From contig JAUZTB010000068.1 of NCBI GenBank assembly GCA_034780895.1, forward strand, positions 22,759,077-22,823,076: 64,000 nt of DNA, given 5' to 3'. This DNA comes from Rhynchobatus australiae. Its lineage: Eukaryota. The translations under genes were made by a program, and so were the position numbers. Shown here piece after piece: positions 1 through 12,499 of the stretch. The notes under the pieces were generated by a model, which was not told the origin of the DNA, did not search any database, and saw only the letters and a list, made by a program, of their open reading frames with translations. How positions within the stretch are numbered: the first letter of the stretch is position 1; every line of letters begins with the position of its first letter.

Positions 1-139
1 TATAAGAGAGAAAAAACACAATAATGGTGAAACCAGGATTAATAACACAAAACAATTAAAAATTATTTTAATTATTTTAATACGTACAAAGACAAGAAGC
101 TTCCAGATTTCTGTTCTTTTTAAATTTAAGGTTGTATCA

Positions 140-325
140 CCGGGCATTGACAGAAAATGCTGAAAATGTAATAGTTAATATTTCAGGTTGAAAACTCTTT
201 GTCAGAACTCTGGGCCTTTGACTTGAAACATGAACTGTTTCTCTTTCCACAGATGCTACCTGACCTGCTGTGTTATTCTAGCATTTTCTGTTTTTAGTTC
301 AGATTTCCAGCATCTGCAGTTTTTG
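140..325. mobile_element. Penelope-like element terminal-repeat (pLTR) foldback remnant
   Basis: Inverted arms ACAGAAAATGCTG...CAGCATTTTCTGT-like and the motif TCCACAGATGCTACCTGACCTGCTG, shared with the pLTR of the coding Penelope copy at 12500-13715. A degenerate hammerhead core lies on the minus strand at about 173-208. Confidence 0.7.
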
Positions 326-469
326 ATTGTTGTTAAACAGTCATTGACTAGAAGTGTTGAGAATGGCTTAGGCTAGTCACCCAAGATTGATATTCCTTCT
401 TAGTCCCAATGAGCTAATTTACCCCGGATTATTTTGCAAGGTAATATAATCCATTGATTTTATTATAAA

Positions 470-820
470 TGGTGCTTCTTAAGCAGTTGTCTGATATGGG
501 AGGAGAGATGAAAAGATTAAAAGATGTACTCAAAGCCTCCTTGAAGAAATGCAGCCTCCCCGCTGACTCCTGGGAATCTCTGCACCATGACCACTCGGAA
601 AGGAGAAGGAGCATTTGGGATAGTATGGAGAACATTGAGGTCACATCGGGAGCACACATAGGGCTTGCATAAGTGGTGAAAGGAGCAGACCACCTTACAA
701 ACTTTCCACCTGCCCCATCTGTGGAAGAGCCCAAGATTCCCAAGTTGTCATAAGCCACTTCAGAACCCATTAAACTCGAGAGGAAATAAGTGATCCTCGA
801 TCACAAGGGACTGCCTGAGA
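470..820 (+). mobile_element. RTE (BovB-like) LINE 3' fragment, degenerate
   Basis: Translation GGEMKRLKDVLKASLKKCSLPADSWESL resembles the RTE ORF C-terminal motif GGQxKRxKDxLKxSLK. It ends in GTGATCCTCGATCACAAGGGACTGCCT, similar to RTE 3' ends. Confidence 0.7.
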
Positions 821-1702
821 CTGCCAAGGGACTTCCGATTGAGCTCTCTTTTCCAACCCAACCTTCTCCTCCTCCACACTTCAAGAAAATGTTATAAGGT
901 GAACTGCTGAAGACCAATAATATCACACTGGACAGTGACACCTTGTCAGCCCAATCATTGGTTTGCAGTGGTATCGTTGGATTTGCACATGTGTGGCTAA
1001 ATGTGATAGCCTGATTTCAGCGGTATGTTGGCAGTTTATTAAAAATGTAAATCTGAGGGAGTTCTTGAACTTCATCCACAAAACATCAGAGAAAAGAGCG
1101 CTGTGCTGTTGGAAATCAGGTTAACTGGAGTATAATGATTTATATGATGTTGCCTGAATGTCAATTCATTTACTTTAACTGGTCCATCGGGAAACTTGCA
1201 ACTTCATTTATTGGCTGGATTTCACTCTCTTTAGCAATTTTTTTTGTCATATTCTAAACTGTAGTGCTATGTTCAAAATTCATCTGCAGTGTTTGAAAAC
1301 AGTTCTTATTTATTCACATTACAACTGAATTTTACAACACAATGTCTCCTGAAGCTGTCCTATTTGGAGGGCTAACACCCAAACTTCAATCTTCGTCCTC
1401 NNNNNNNNCTCTGACCTCCAATGACCTCGTGTATAACCTTGTACACGTGCCTGGACTGCTTTGCCCAGCGATGTCAGGGTCAGGGTCACTCATGTCTTCA
1501 TGGCCTCAAGATGATTCCAGGCTGCAGTGTGCAATCTCTGCCGTGTTGCACAGTTTGCTGTTCACCACTGCACTGGGGAGCTCAGGCAAGCTCCACACCC
1601 AAGGAGAGGAAACTAAATATTCTTGTCCTTCAACCTAATGGAGCAAGCAGTACTGGCACAGCAGTTTGTTTATTTTGCGCACTTCCCCGTGGAGCAGGAA
1701 TT

Positions 1703-2222
1703 AGAACATGGAACACAGAACAGTACAGCACAGGAACAGGCCCTTCTGTCCACAATGTTGTACCAAACTATTTAAACTAGTTATTAAATGCTTGACTAAA
1801 CTAATCCCTTCTCCCTTCAAGGTCCATATCCCTCCATTCTTTACACAAGAGCCTCTGAAACACCTCTATCATATTTGCCTCCACTACACCACTAGCAGTG
1901 CATTCCAGGCACCCAACACTCTCTGTAAAAAAAAACTTGACCTGCACATCTTCTTTGAACTTATCCCATCTCACCTTAAATGCATTGCCCTCTAGTATTA
2001 GACATTTCAACCCTGGGAAAAAGATACCAATTGTCTATCTATGCTCCTCATAATCTTATAAACTTCTATCAGGTCTCCCCTTAGCCTCCTTATAGCACAT
2101 GCTCTCTAATCCAGGCAGCATCCTGGTAAACCTCTCTGCACCCTCTCCAAAGCCTCCACATCCTTTCTATAATGGGTTGACCAAAATTAAATGCAATACT
2201 CCAGATGCAGCCCCACCAGAGT
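1703..2222 (-). mobile_element. CR1-clade LINE 3' fragment
   Basis: Reverse complement of the same 3' end seen at 19915-20740 (AAGGGCCTGTTCCTGTGCTGTACTGTTCT). The minus ORF KFKEDVQVKFFFTESVG..VVEANMIEVFQRLL matches the CR1 ORF2 C-terminus. Confidence 0.85.
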
Positions 2223-3039
2223 TTTGTCATTCATAGACTATAGTCATGTCCTGATGGAGACCACCCTAGCCTTCCTCAAAGCCTTGCAGCAACTCTGAAG
2301 TCTATGCATCCCCCCAATCCCTCTTTCCACCCCCGGCCCCATAAAGAAATAACTTCTTGTGGCCTTGTGATCACTACTCAGTCTGTTCAGGTTCCTCTAA
2401 CCCTCCCTCGCTCCCCACCCACCCACAACCAGAAGTATTGACCTCTGTCCTCCATTATCGCAGCATCTATTCATTGGTCACAATCCCCTGAACTTAGAAG
2501 AGTGTTCCTTCTACAGTGGTTTGTTCCTTTAAGAGCTTCTGGATAGCTCACGCCTGGTGTGTTACATTATAACAGCTGCAGGAACTTGCAACACATCAGG
2601 AATGCCATGATGAAAGAGGCAATCAGTTTCAGGTACATGGGAAAACCTGACAGCACCACTCTGGGAAGCTCATGAATGAAGTTCTCACTCTTTATGTAAC
2701 TTTCACACAGGGTGAACCACAATCATATTTCATGTCAAAAATGGATGGAGGAATTTCTAGCCCCTTTTGAGATAATTAGGTGGTTAATCACAACCTAAAG
2801 TCTTGCTTTAACTGAAAAGGTTGCACAACAAATGTAGCATCATTTTCCTAGAAGTGCAATGTATGGGTGTGGGTATGACTCAACGTGTTCAAGTCTGAAG
2901 TACTAACACATTGATATCCACCCTCTGCTGTCAATATTTCAAATGTGTCAAGTGAGGAGGAACTTAAATTGCAGAAAAGCTGAAGAACGAATGAGAGTAA
3001 TTATAGCATGGCGGTGGCACACCAGTCAAGTTAGGGACT

Positions 3040-3560
3040 AGTTACCTAGAACTGCTGGGCTAACCATCCAGAGACAGTGGTTCAAATCCAGCCAGCCCAA
3101 TGATGAAAATTAACATCAGTTAATAAACTATATGTTAAAATATACTGGTCTCAGTAATAATGAGCACAAATCCACTGGATTGTCATAAAAAAACCATCTG
3201 GTTCAATAATGGGTGTCACAGTAGCACAGCAGTTAGGGTTCCAGTGATCCAGGTTCGATCCCAACCTCAAGTGTTGTCCATCTGACTCTGTGGATTTCCT
3301 CCAAGTGCTCCAGTTTGCTCCCACATCCCAAAGGTGTGCTGCTGGATTATTTGGGCGCTGTAAATTGCCCTAGTGTAGGTGAGAATTAGGGGGAGTTGGT
3401 GGGCATGTGTAGGAGAGAAGAAAGAAAGAGAGGGCATTGGGCTGATGGAAATGCTCTAAGAGCTAGTATAGATTGATGGCCTGAATAGCCTCCTATGTTA
3501 TATGAGAAATGAAAATAATGCCCTTCAAGGAAGGAAATCTGCCATCCTACTTCATCTGGC
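3040..3560 (+). mobile_element. Old SINE (Deu-domain-like) interrupted by a younger SINE
   Basis: B-box-like GGTTCAAATCC. The motif AAACCATCTGGTTCAATAATG / CCCTTCAAGGAAGGAAATCTGCCATCCT is continuous once 3212-3520 is removed. Confidence 0.55.
3212..3513 (+). mobile_element. tRNA-derived SINE (HE1/V-SINE-like)
   Basis: A-box-like CAGTAGCACAGCAGTTAG, B-box GGTTCGATCCC, and V-domain-like GTGGATTTCCTCCAAGTGCTCCAGTTTGCTCCCACATCCCAAAG. Flanked by the 7-bp duplication AATAATG (3205-3211, 3514-3520). Confidence 0.8.
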
Positions 3561-3679
3561 ATATGGTTCAATGAGGTGTAAAGAGTATGGTCTTAACTCC
3601 TGTAGCCATGGTACACGAGGATCTATCAGCGGGCAAGCCATATCTAAAAATGAGGCAACAACTGGTGAAGTTCCAAGGA

Positions 3680-3990
3680 GGGCTAGGTGCATGCTAAACT
3701 GCTGAGGCAGTAAGCAATAGACAGAGCTGAGGGATCCTACAACAAAAGGATCAGATCGGAGCTCGGCAGTCCTGCCGCATCCAGTCATGAGCAGTGGCAG
3801 ATAATTAAGCAGCTGATGAGAGGAGATGCCTCCAAGAAAATCCCCAGCTTCTGAGTTGGCAGGTCTGTGTGTCAATGCTGAAGACAAGGCTGAAACATCT
3901 GCAAGCATGCCCAGCGTGGAGGGTGGGCATTCCATCTCTGCTTCACCCTGAGACCCCCATCACAAAGGCCAGTCTTCAGCCAGTTACGCA
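3680..3990 (+). mobile_element. L2/Crack-like LINE internal fragment, degenerate
   Basis: GGATCAGATCGGAGCTCGGCAGTCCTGCCGCATCCAGTCATGAG...GACAAGGCTGAAACATCTGCA resembles the IRSKLxSPAxSSxEWW...KDKAE segment of LINE ORF2. Frameshifted. Confidence 0.5.
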
Positions 3991-4266
3991 CACAGATCAA
4001 GGCCTGCCAAACCTAACATACTGAATGCCTTGCAAGTCATCGGTCTTGGAGTATCTGCCCCCGAGGACTTAGAAAATAACTCCCACAAATTTCCATGAAG
4101 TGTCACTTCAATGTGTGACACTTCAAAGTTTTGACATGTTTTCAGATCTCCATATTTAACACTTCATATGCAAGTTATATAACACTTAATTTGAAAGTAT
4201 CATTTATTGCCCAAGGTAGGAAGAACCACAACAAAAAGAATAAGATCTGGTCTACATCAGACATCT

Positions 4267-4760
4267 CAAAGTCAAAGTCGAGTTTATTATTATATGCGCA
4301 AGTGCATGTATGCACAGGTGCAATGAAAAACTTACTTGCAGCAAGTATCACAGGCACAGAGCATTAGAGACACAACATTCACAAGAAAAACATAAATTAA
4401 ACATAAATTATATATTATTTTTACAAGAAAGGACACAATTAGAACAAAAAAACAAAGTCCATTGTAGTGCATTGTGATTAAAATGGTTATAGTGTTGCTA
4501 TACTGAGGCAGTGATTAGGATTGTGCCGGTTGGTTCAAGAACCAAATGGTTGAAGAGAAGTAGCTGTTCTTGACCCTAGTGATGTGGGACTTCAGGCTCC
4601 TGTACCTCCTGCCTGATGGTAGCTGTGAGAAGATGGCATGGCCTGGATGCTGAGGATCTTTGATAACAGATGTTGCTTTCTTGAGGCACTGCCTCATGTA
4701 GGTACTATCAATGGTGGGGAGGGATGTTCCTGTGATGTATTGGGCCAAGTCCACGACTCT
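4267..4760 (-). mobile_element. Rex1/Babar LINE 3' fragment
   Basis: Minus ORF AQYITGTSLPTIDSTY..CLKKATSVIKDPQHPGHAIFSQLPSGRRYRSL is the typical Rex1/Babar C-terminus. (CAAAGT)n tail remnant at about 4267. Confidence 0.85.
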
Positions 4761-4769
4761 CTCCCACTT

Positions 4770-5095
4770 AGAGTCATAGCAATGTACAGCATGGAAGCAG
4801 GCCTTTCGGCCCAGCGAGCCTGCTCTGACTATCAAGCTCCCAATTTTGGTTCTCCCCACATTGCCATCCACCACACCCCCACCCCGCCCAGATTCTGTCA
4901 CTCACCAACACACGAGGGACATTTTATATTGGCTAAGTAACCTGCCAATTCACTTGTCTTTAGGCTGTAGGTGAAACCAGAACACCTTGGGGGAAACCCA
5001 CAAGCCCACAGGAAGGAACGTGGAGGTATCCCACCAGAGGTCAGGATTGAACCTAGCTCACTAGAGTTCTAACTGCTCTGCCAATGAGCCACCTC
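4770..5095 (-). mobile_element. tRNA-derived SINE, degenerate
   Basis: Reverse-complement B box (AGGATTGAACC) and V-domain-like GAAACCAGAACACCTTGGGGGAAACCCAC, with a CR1-like tail at about 4770-4820. Confidence 0.6.
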
Positions 5096-8000
5096 TAGAT
5101 AAAAATCTGAATTTTTCATCAAAAGGATAAATTGGCAGGGAAGTAAAAGTGAAAGAACCTGGAACAGCTTGATCAGACTCTTAAAACAGTAAAGTGCTTG
5201 ATATCCAGGTCGTTCTGCACAAACAATTAGCCATACAGAACTATAATGGTTGTGAACGTTACAGTTATTTACAAGTGGGCTCTATAGTATGCCGGAGCTG
5301 TTGCTTTGAAGTTGTGGGTTGCCTTCCTACGTGCTGTGTGCTTCCCCAAAGTTTCTGCAGCATGGGATAAAGTGGGAACGAAAGTTCTATTAGTTCTAGA
5401 CATTCAGACCTTGTGTCCTTCTGCACTCACTCACCCCACTTCAGAATTCATCTGAACAAAGGCTCCTGTTCCCTCTCTCGGCAGTCTGGAAAGCTGTTTT
5501 TTTGATTTGAGGCAAGGTTTACTTGTGATCACTCAGAGGAATGTTCTTACTTTTTTCCCATGTCTTCTATCTTATGCAATGAATATTTTTTCCCTTAACT
5601 ATTTCCTTTAAATACTTTCAATTCTCTTTTCTTCAAGCATTTTACAGTTTTAGTCATCTATCTAGCTCAGCAGTCATAGTGCTCTATGTTGCATATCAAT
5701 GTCATCTAACTATTCCAACCAGCCCTTTCTGATAGTTTTCATTTTACAGAATTGTGCTCTATTTTTAAACCTCCCAGAAGTTGATTTTGTAAAATATCTC
5801 CACTACTAACACTGAAAGGTTTAAGGATGATTGTAAAGTTTAGCAGTGAGTCAACCTTTCTAATGGATTCTATAGTGATGGAAGCCTTTATTCAAGAAGG
5901 AATCAATAAATTAAAGTGACAGCATTTCACTGCCATTGGGCAGCAACGTCACCCACATCATATTGCTGGTGAAAGCCCAGCAACATCTACAGAGAAGGAA
6001 CATTTCTGTAAACAGGAACCAGCTCAACAAACCACAAGATTTGAATACAATGCAACCCGACATTTCTGTTTACCAAGGCCACCGTACACAACACATCGAT
6101 TCTAAGTCATAATGACATAAAAATTAATCATGGCACAGTAATTATCTAGAAATGGCATAAATCAGATATAGCTTCTTTTAAAGCAAATATTATATTCATA
6201 TAGTTGCAAATTTGCAATTGTTTAAAAGTATGTCAAGGTTTTGTTTTCCCTTTGTTTATGAAAAGAAACTACATCTTTAAAATGTTTAACATTGTAATTA
6301 TTTTGAATGTGGGCCTGTTGGTGTTAGATAAGCAGTAACAACAGCTGAATATTATCAGCAGCTTCTGTAGTAAATTTTCAAATCATTTGTGCTTTTGACT
6401 GCATAATATTGGTGGATGAGGAAAAATCTTTTTAATTCACCCATTCAGAACAAGCACATATTCCTCCTTTAATCTTCTTAAGTGATTCTGAAACTTTTGC
6501 TTCCATCATTCTGCTTGTTAGTCTGTTCACTCTGTGCAAAGAAACTGATGTTAATCCTTTTGTAATTTGAACCAAATCCTTTTGTTCCTTTCCTACTTTA
6601 AGACAGTGTCCCATACCATGTTTTCCATAATATGCATTACTATACATGCTTCTTTCAGATCTCCTCTCAGACATTTTGTTAGCAGGCAGAAAAGTCCAAG
6701 AGGCTCTTCCCTGCATTGGCTCCTGTGCTTAGATCATAGAAATTTTCACCACAGAGAGAGATCATCAGTCCATTGAGCCCACAGCAATGCAGACAGAGTA
6801 GCCCTCCTAATCCCAGCTCTGATCCATCGCCGTGCTAATTATAGCACAGCAAGTACTTTTTAAATGCAACTAACTGCATGCACCATCCCTCTCGGGACGT
6901 GAACTCCAAATCCCTTCCTCCTGCTCCCTCCCTCTTAAAAGTATGTACCTCAGTTGGAAAAGTAAATAATATCTTGTTTTCTCCTCTGTCACCAGAACTG
7001 GACACTACTTAAGTTATGCCCTGATCATTCTCTGATTCCCATACAAATGATCATACTCTGTATCAATTGTATGTATGACAATTCACCACTGAACAGTAGA
7101 AATAGAACATTTTCGTCTTTGTCTGAGAGAATGCAATATTGCTTTTAGGGCATTAACATGGAAACGGTGGTCACTTTAATATGTTTGATGATTTGTTCAA
7201 TGGTATTTAACAATGATAGAACCTTGTGATTGGTAGCTGAATCAGTAATACATAATTGCAAAGTCATGCAATAATCTGCTTCCAGAAAAATACACTTGAT
7301 CAAAATTAATGTTTTAAATAATTCAAAGTAAATATCAGCATGGGACTGATGCAAACCAAATTTCCACCAATGACCCTCCAGTAACTAAGAGTGGATTCAT
7401 GGTAATCCTAGAGGCTGATAAAACATTTTACATTGAGGGGTAATGACAAATGGCACAATACATTCAAACTGGTGGATCTATGCACCATATCTTCACATTG
7501 ACAACTTTCAAATGGACTTTATGGAAATACTCCTCAGACCAATTTTTAGGAGTCACGTCCCTGGTTATGGTGACATGTGTTTTATTAATAATTGGAATTG
7601 TGTGCAGCTGCTGAAATGGCAAAACCCCAAATGACCATTTCTCCCTTTCAAACCAAAACAGGATCCAAAAGATGGATTCTTTGCCCTTTGGGAGCTCCCA
7701 TTGACCATTATCCTCAGTGACTTGTGTAAGTGACTGAAGGAGCAAACAACAAACACATTGCCTGAGCCTCTGCTTCACTCTGAGATGAGCCAAAAACTAC
7801 GTTCACAACCAGATTTGGAAATGTAGAAGCAATTAAATTATTTACTAAATACTCCCAGCTGGTATTTACCTCTGTTTGAGGAGTCTATTCTCCCAGATTT
7901 CAACTGTTGAATATTNNNNNNNNNNAATCCACAATTTTGGGATTATATTAACTGAAGTCTCTCTCATATCTCAGTCACAATGTAGTTTATGCCTTACAGT

Positions 8001-8788
8001 TCCACAGCACAGGAGAGTGCTTTCCAAACACTGTGAGAATGGAGGCTAGTATAAAGACCTAATCTTTTTAATAAACAACTGTTAATGTTCGCTCTTCTTA
8101 AAAATATAAACACTGAGAGTACTTATGTATGTTGAATGTGTATCCCCAAATGATTTAATATTTAGAGCTACCAAATTATGAAGTATAGAGATGCCTGTTC
8201 TNNNNNNNNNNNNNNNNNNNNNNNNNNNNNNNNNNNNNNNNNNNNNNNNNNNNNNNNNNNNNNNNNNNNNNNNNNNNNNNNNNNNNNNNNNNNNNNNNNN
8301 NTAATCTTGATTCCTTTAATGTTCAAAAAAAATCAACTTCTGCTTTGAAGAAATTCCCCAGTCAAAGAACTGGATGATAGAATACACTTCTCAGTCAGAA
8401 TCAGCATTGTTTAAGACACATGCCTCTACTTCTCAGTATTTGACAGGGAATGACAGAGACGGGCATAGTAAGGGAAGAGTAGATGGTAAGTGCCATGATT
8501 ATGATGTCACTTGAGGAAGCAACACTGAAAACACCAGGAAGAATATTGTCACTAAAAACAAATGGTGAAAAATTCAGCTTTGCAGCACTGATTTATTAGG
8601 ACATTACAAATGTCCATAACTCCCAAAAAAGTTGTCCATCTGTATGCAAGGTTTTTGCAAGGTAAATCATGCTGGATGCCTTTTAAGCATGTGTACAGTG
8701 AACAACTAATGCAAGTATGCAATGTTGATGTGACCTCAAGGCTGCCTGTATGCAGCTCAATGCTGCACTATGACCCATTCTTAACCTT

Positions 8789-8944
8789 AGGACTGCCGAT
8801 GCTGGAATCCAGATGAAAAACACTACGATGCTGGAGGAAGTCAGCAGGCCAGGCAGCATCCGTGGACAAAACGTTGACTGCCTGCTTTTCTCCACGGATG
8901 TTGCCTGGCCTGCTGAGTTCCTCCAGCATCATAGTGTTTTTCAT
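8789..8944. mobile_element. Young Penelope pLTR foldback insertion with 13-bp target duplication
   Basis: 54-nt inverted arms 8813-8866 and 8891-8944 (51/54 matches). CATTCTTAACCTT occurs at 8776-8788 and 8942-8954. Confidence 0.85.
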
Positions 8945-9514
8945 TCTTAACCTTGCCTGGTTGAAAACATGTTAAGCACAAGAAAGAACCCACAACAGTG
9001 CTATTTAAAGGGATTGTTCAATATTTACAGGTTAGCTATTAATTAATTTCTTCTGACTGTTGTTCCAATTTTACAAGTCTTTTTGTGTTTTATGTAGATT
9101 TTTGCTAATTTCAGATCTTCTGTGGGATACTGTTCCTTGTGGATACATTCTGACTGGAGGAATTAGTAGAGGGGACACAGAGCTGGAAGGTTTCCTGGAA
9201 AAGGAGGAGAGGTGGTAAAAGGTCTCTTAGCAGGAGGCCACATCCTACCTGGATATTCAGGAGCCAGCTCTCCTACGTAAATATTGGTGGAACATATCTT
9301 CAGTGTCAAGGTGACCATACCAATGAACCTTTAAGCAATTAATAACTTTGAGTTCAAATTCACTTTACATTTCAACAGTGATTTCCTTAAGGAGATTCAA
9401 GATGCTGACTTTTCAATAAATAATTTTGTTTTCATTTGTCCAGAACCAGTGGGCAGAGGGAACTTCTTCAAATGGGTTCTTTGCAACAGGATTCATGTAT
9501 AGCCTCAAGAATTA

Positions 9515-10392
9515 GAGAATCAGAATCAGGATCAGGATCAGATGTATTATGAGTGAGATATATACGTGAAATTTGCACAGCTGTACAGTGCAAAGACATA
9601 AAATTGCTATAAATTACAAAAATAAATAAATCATGCAAAAAACAGAATAATGAGGTAGAGTCCATGGTCATGGATCATTCAGAATTCTGATGGCAGAGGA
9701 GAAGAACAATTCTGAATTGTTGAATGTAGGTCTTCAGACCTCTGTACCTCCTCCTTGACGGTAGTAATGAGAAGAGGGCATGTCCTGGATGGTGAGGGCC
9801 CTTTGTGACAGATGCCGCCTTTTTGGGGCACCTCCTCTCGAAGATGTCCTCAATGGTGGGGAGGGTTGTGCCCATGATGGAGCTGGCAGAGTCTACCACC
9901 CTCTGCAGCCTCTTGCGATCCTGTGAATTGGAGCCTCCATACCAGACAACAATGCAACCAGTCAGAATGCTCTCCACCACACATCTACAGAAATTTGTAA
10001 GAGTCTTTGATGATTTACCAAATCACCTCAAACTCCTAATGAAGTAGAGCTGCTGGTGTGTCTTATTTGTGATTGCATCAATATGTGGGGCCCAGGATAG
10101 GTTGTCTGAGATATTGACTCCCAGGAGCCTGAAGCTGCTCACCCTTTCCACTGCTGACCCTTCAATGAGGACTGCTGTGTGTTCTCCCCACCTCCCCTTC
10201 CTGAAATCCACAATCATTTCCTCGGTCTTGCTGATGTTGAGTGCGAGGTTATGTTGCAACACCACTCAACCAGCCAATCTGACTCATTCCGGTACACCTC
10301 CTCGTCACCATCTGAGTTTCTACCGATAACTGTGGTGTTATCAGCAAATTTATGGACGGCATTCGAGCTGTGCTCAACCACGCAGTCATGAG
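9515..10392 (-). mobile_element. Rex1/Babar LINE, 5'-truncated (RT C-terminus and 3' UTR)
   Basis: Minus-strand peptides HNLALNISKTEEMIVDFRK, VERVSSFRLLGVNISDNLSW, ESILTGCIVVWYG, DRKRLQRVV and HPGHALFSLLPSRRRYR. (GAATCA/GGATCA)n tail at about 9517-9541. Confidence 0.9.
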
Positions 10393-12499
10393 TGGAGAGC
10401 CAGTGAATTGCAGCAGGTCTAGGTCCTTGCTCAGACCATATCCAACCTCCTGAAGCACTTCATTACTGTAGAAGCTGGCACCTGCACCATTCTTTGCCCT
10501 GCTTGGGCTGCAGGCCACTCACGTCCGGTGTCTCACCACATGTAAATGTGGCCTCTTTTCTACGATCTCTGTCTTGTGCAGTGTCAGTATCCAAGAGAAT
10601 GAAATTGAATGATGGTATGAGTTCATCATTGTGGTCTTCTTGATGTTCCGCCATTGGCTGGACAGGTTGAAGTTCTTGGGTATCTGAAATGGAAAAAGGA
10701 GCAAGGGCAAGTCTGTGTGGAGAGGAAAGTAAGAGGTTCTTGTTTGCATACTTACTGCTTATCACTCAGAAGGAAGTGTGGGATGAGATGGTGTTGCTAC
10801 TATCATCTTCCATAGTTTCAGTCCCATGGCTGGTCTTGGTCACAGTAACATCATCCTAATAATAGGTATCACCTCCTATCACTTCCATGAGGACATGCAG
10901 ATTCCTTTATCAGGGTGTGAACACTAATTTGAAGGCAGGTATTTATTGCCCATCGCTAACTGCCCTTGAGAAGTGGTAGTGAATGATCTTCCTTATCCAC
11001 CTCCTATTAGTCCTTGCCACCTTGTTCAGTAAGGGAGAGGGAGTATTGTTGGCGACTGCTTCACAGTTTGATGGGTGATGTGACTCTCATGGTTGAATAG
11101 GCGGCTGTGATGTGGATGTGGAATTGCAGCAAACATGGCGGAGCATTTGAATGCTGGATATAAGTTCAGCCATTGTTGGTCGGTGAGTGATGGGCAGTGT
11201 GCTGAATGCAGCATTGTCAGTGGTACAGTTACCAGACTATCATACTTCCACTAACCTCACCAACCATGCAAGATCTTTGAACTTCTTGCAAATGAGCATC
11301 AGATCCGCAGTCTATAATCCTGGTATTGATCTCCAAGCCTTTTATACCTTTAGTACAGATGGGTAGTTGATGATCACCATGGACAAGGTGGATGGAAGGG
11401 CTTCTTTATGTGTTGTATCTCTCTATGGATCTTACTGTCTCCTGAGCATATATCTAGAGGGTCCACTGGCCCTTACACTTACAGGGCATGTCCTGTTGCT
11501 TCCATCTTCTGGCCCAGGGCCTCCAGAGCCGTTCGTGAAAGGCTTGGATTCCGTATTCTCCATTACTCCTGGCCTCTTCACCAGTTCTGAGATCTGCTAC
11601 CCTAGTGAAATGACTGCCAGCACCCTCACATTATTTTTAAGGACATGCCTTTAATGAATGCACCCAAGTTTTAACTGGAGCAGGTCACGAACTCTGAGCT
11701 GTCTGGGCAATGGCCAGTGAGGATCGTGCTCTCTGAATGCAGCAGTTATGGAAATCAGCCAACTCTATGCTATTCTCATTCCACTCCATGGATGCAGTGT
11801 AGTTCTGTATGTAGTGCCAGCACTTGTTTTTGGGAGAGATTAGATTTAGCCCTCAGTTTTTAAACTCCATAGCTGCACCCCCACATTCTCTCTGAGATTT
11901 GGGGCGATTCTCTTTGCAGAATTAAACGATTTTTAATGTTTATTGCATTTCAGCAGGGGAAGAAAATACCCAATTTGAACTAGTTTCTGTTATCCTGAAA
12001 TTCAAAGACGTAACACAATAGGCCTTAAGTGGTTTTCACCAGCTTAAGTTTGTTTCAATTACTGGGTTCTTTTACGCTTTATTGCTCAAAAATTCTGAAA
12101 AGCAGCATTATGTTTTTCTACAGAGCAGCGTGAAGATAATCTTTATTTTGCAACTCCTATTTGGGACTAAAACTTTTTTAATCTAAATGCTACTTTGTAT
12201 TGGCACTTTACATGCCTCTTTACAGAAAACACTCTCCACTTCTACCACTGAAGTGGCTGCGGTCTCTACAACCTTGAGATAATGTTAATTACAATTGATT
12301 TCCAAGGAGTAATTCCCAATCCTCAGATGTGTAAATCTATAATATATAAATTTAACAACTTTTACTCATTCATCCATATGTTGCAGAAAACCTTGAGCTG
12401 TGCATCAAAATTCCCACAGCGATTCCATGGTAATCAGTGAAAACCATCCTTAGATTCACAGAACTGACTGTAAGAGCAAGCCAATATTTTTATACAAAA

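Noticed and set aside
3812-3842. CTGATGA-GAGG..CCTC-CAA-GAAA hammerhead-like string
   Set aside because: Three extra bases precede GAAA, stems I and III are missing, and it lies within a decayed LINE ORF.
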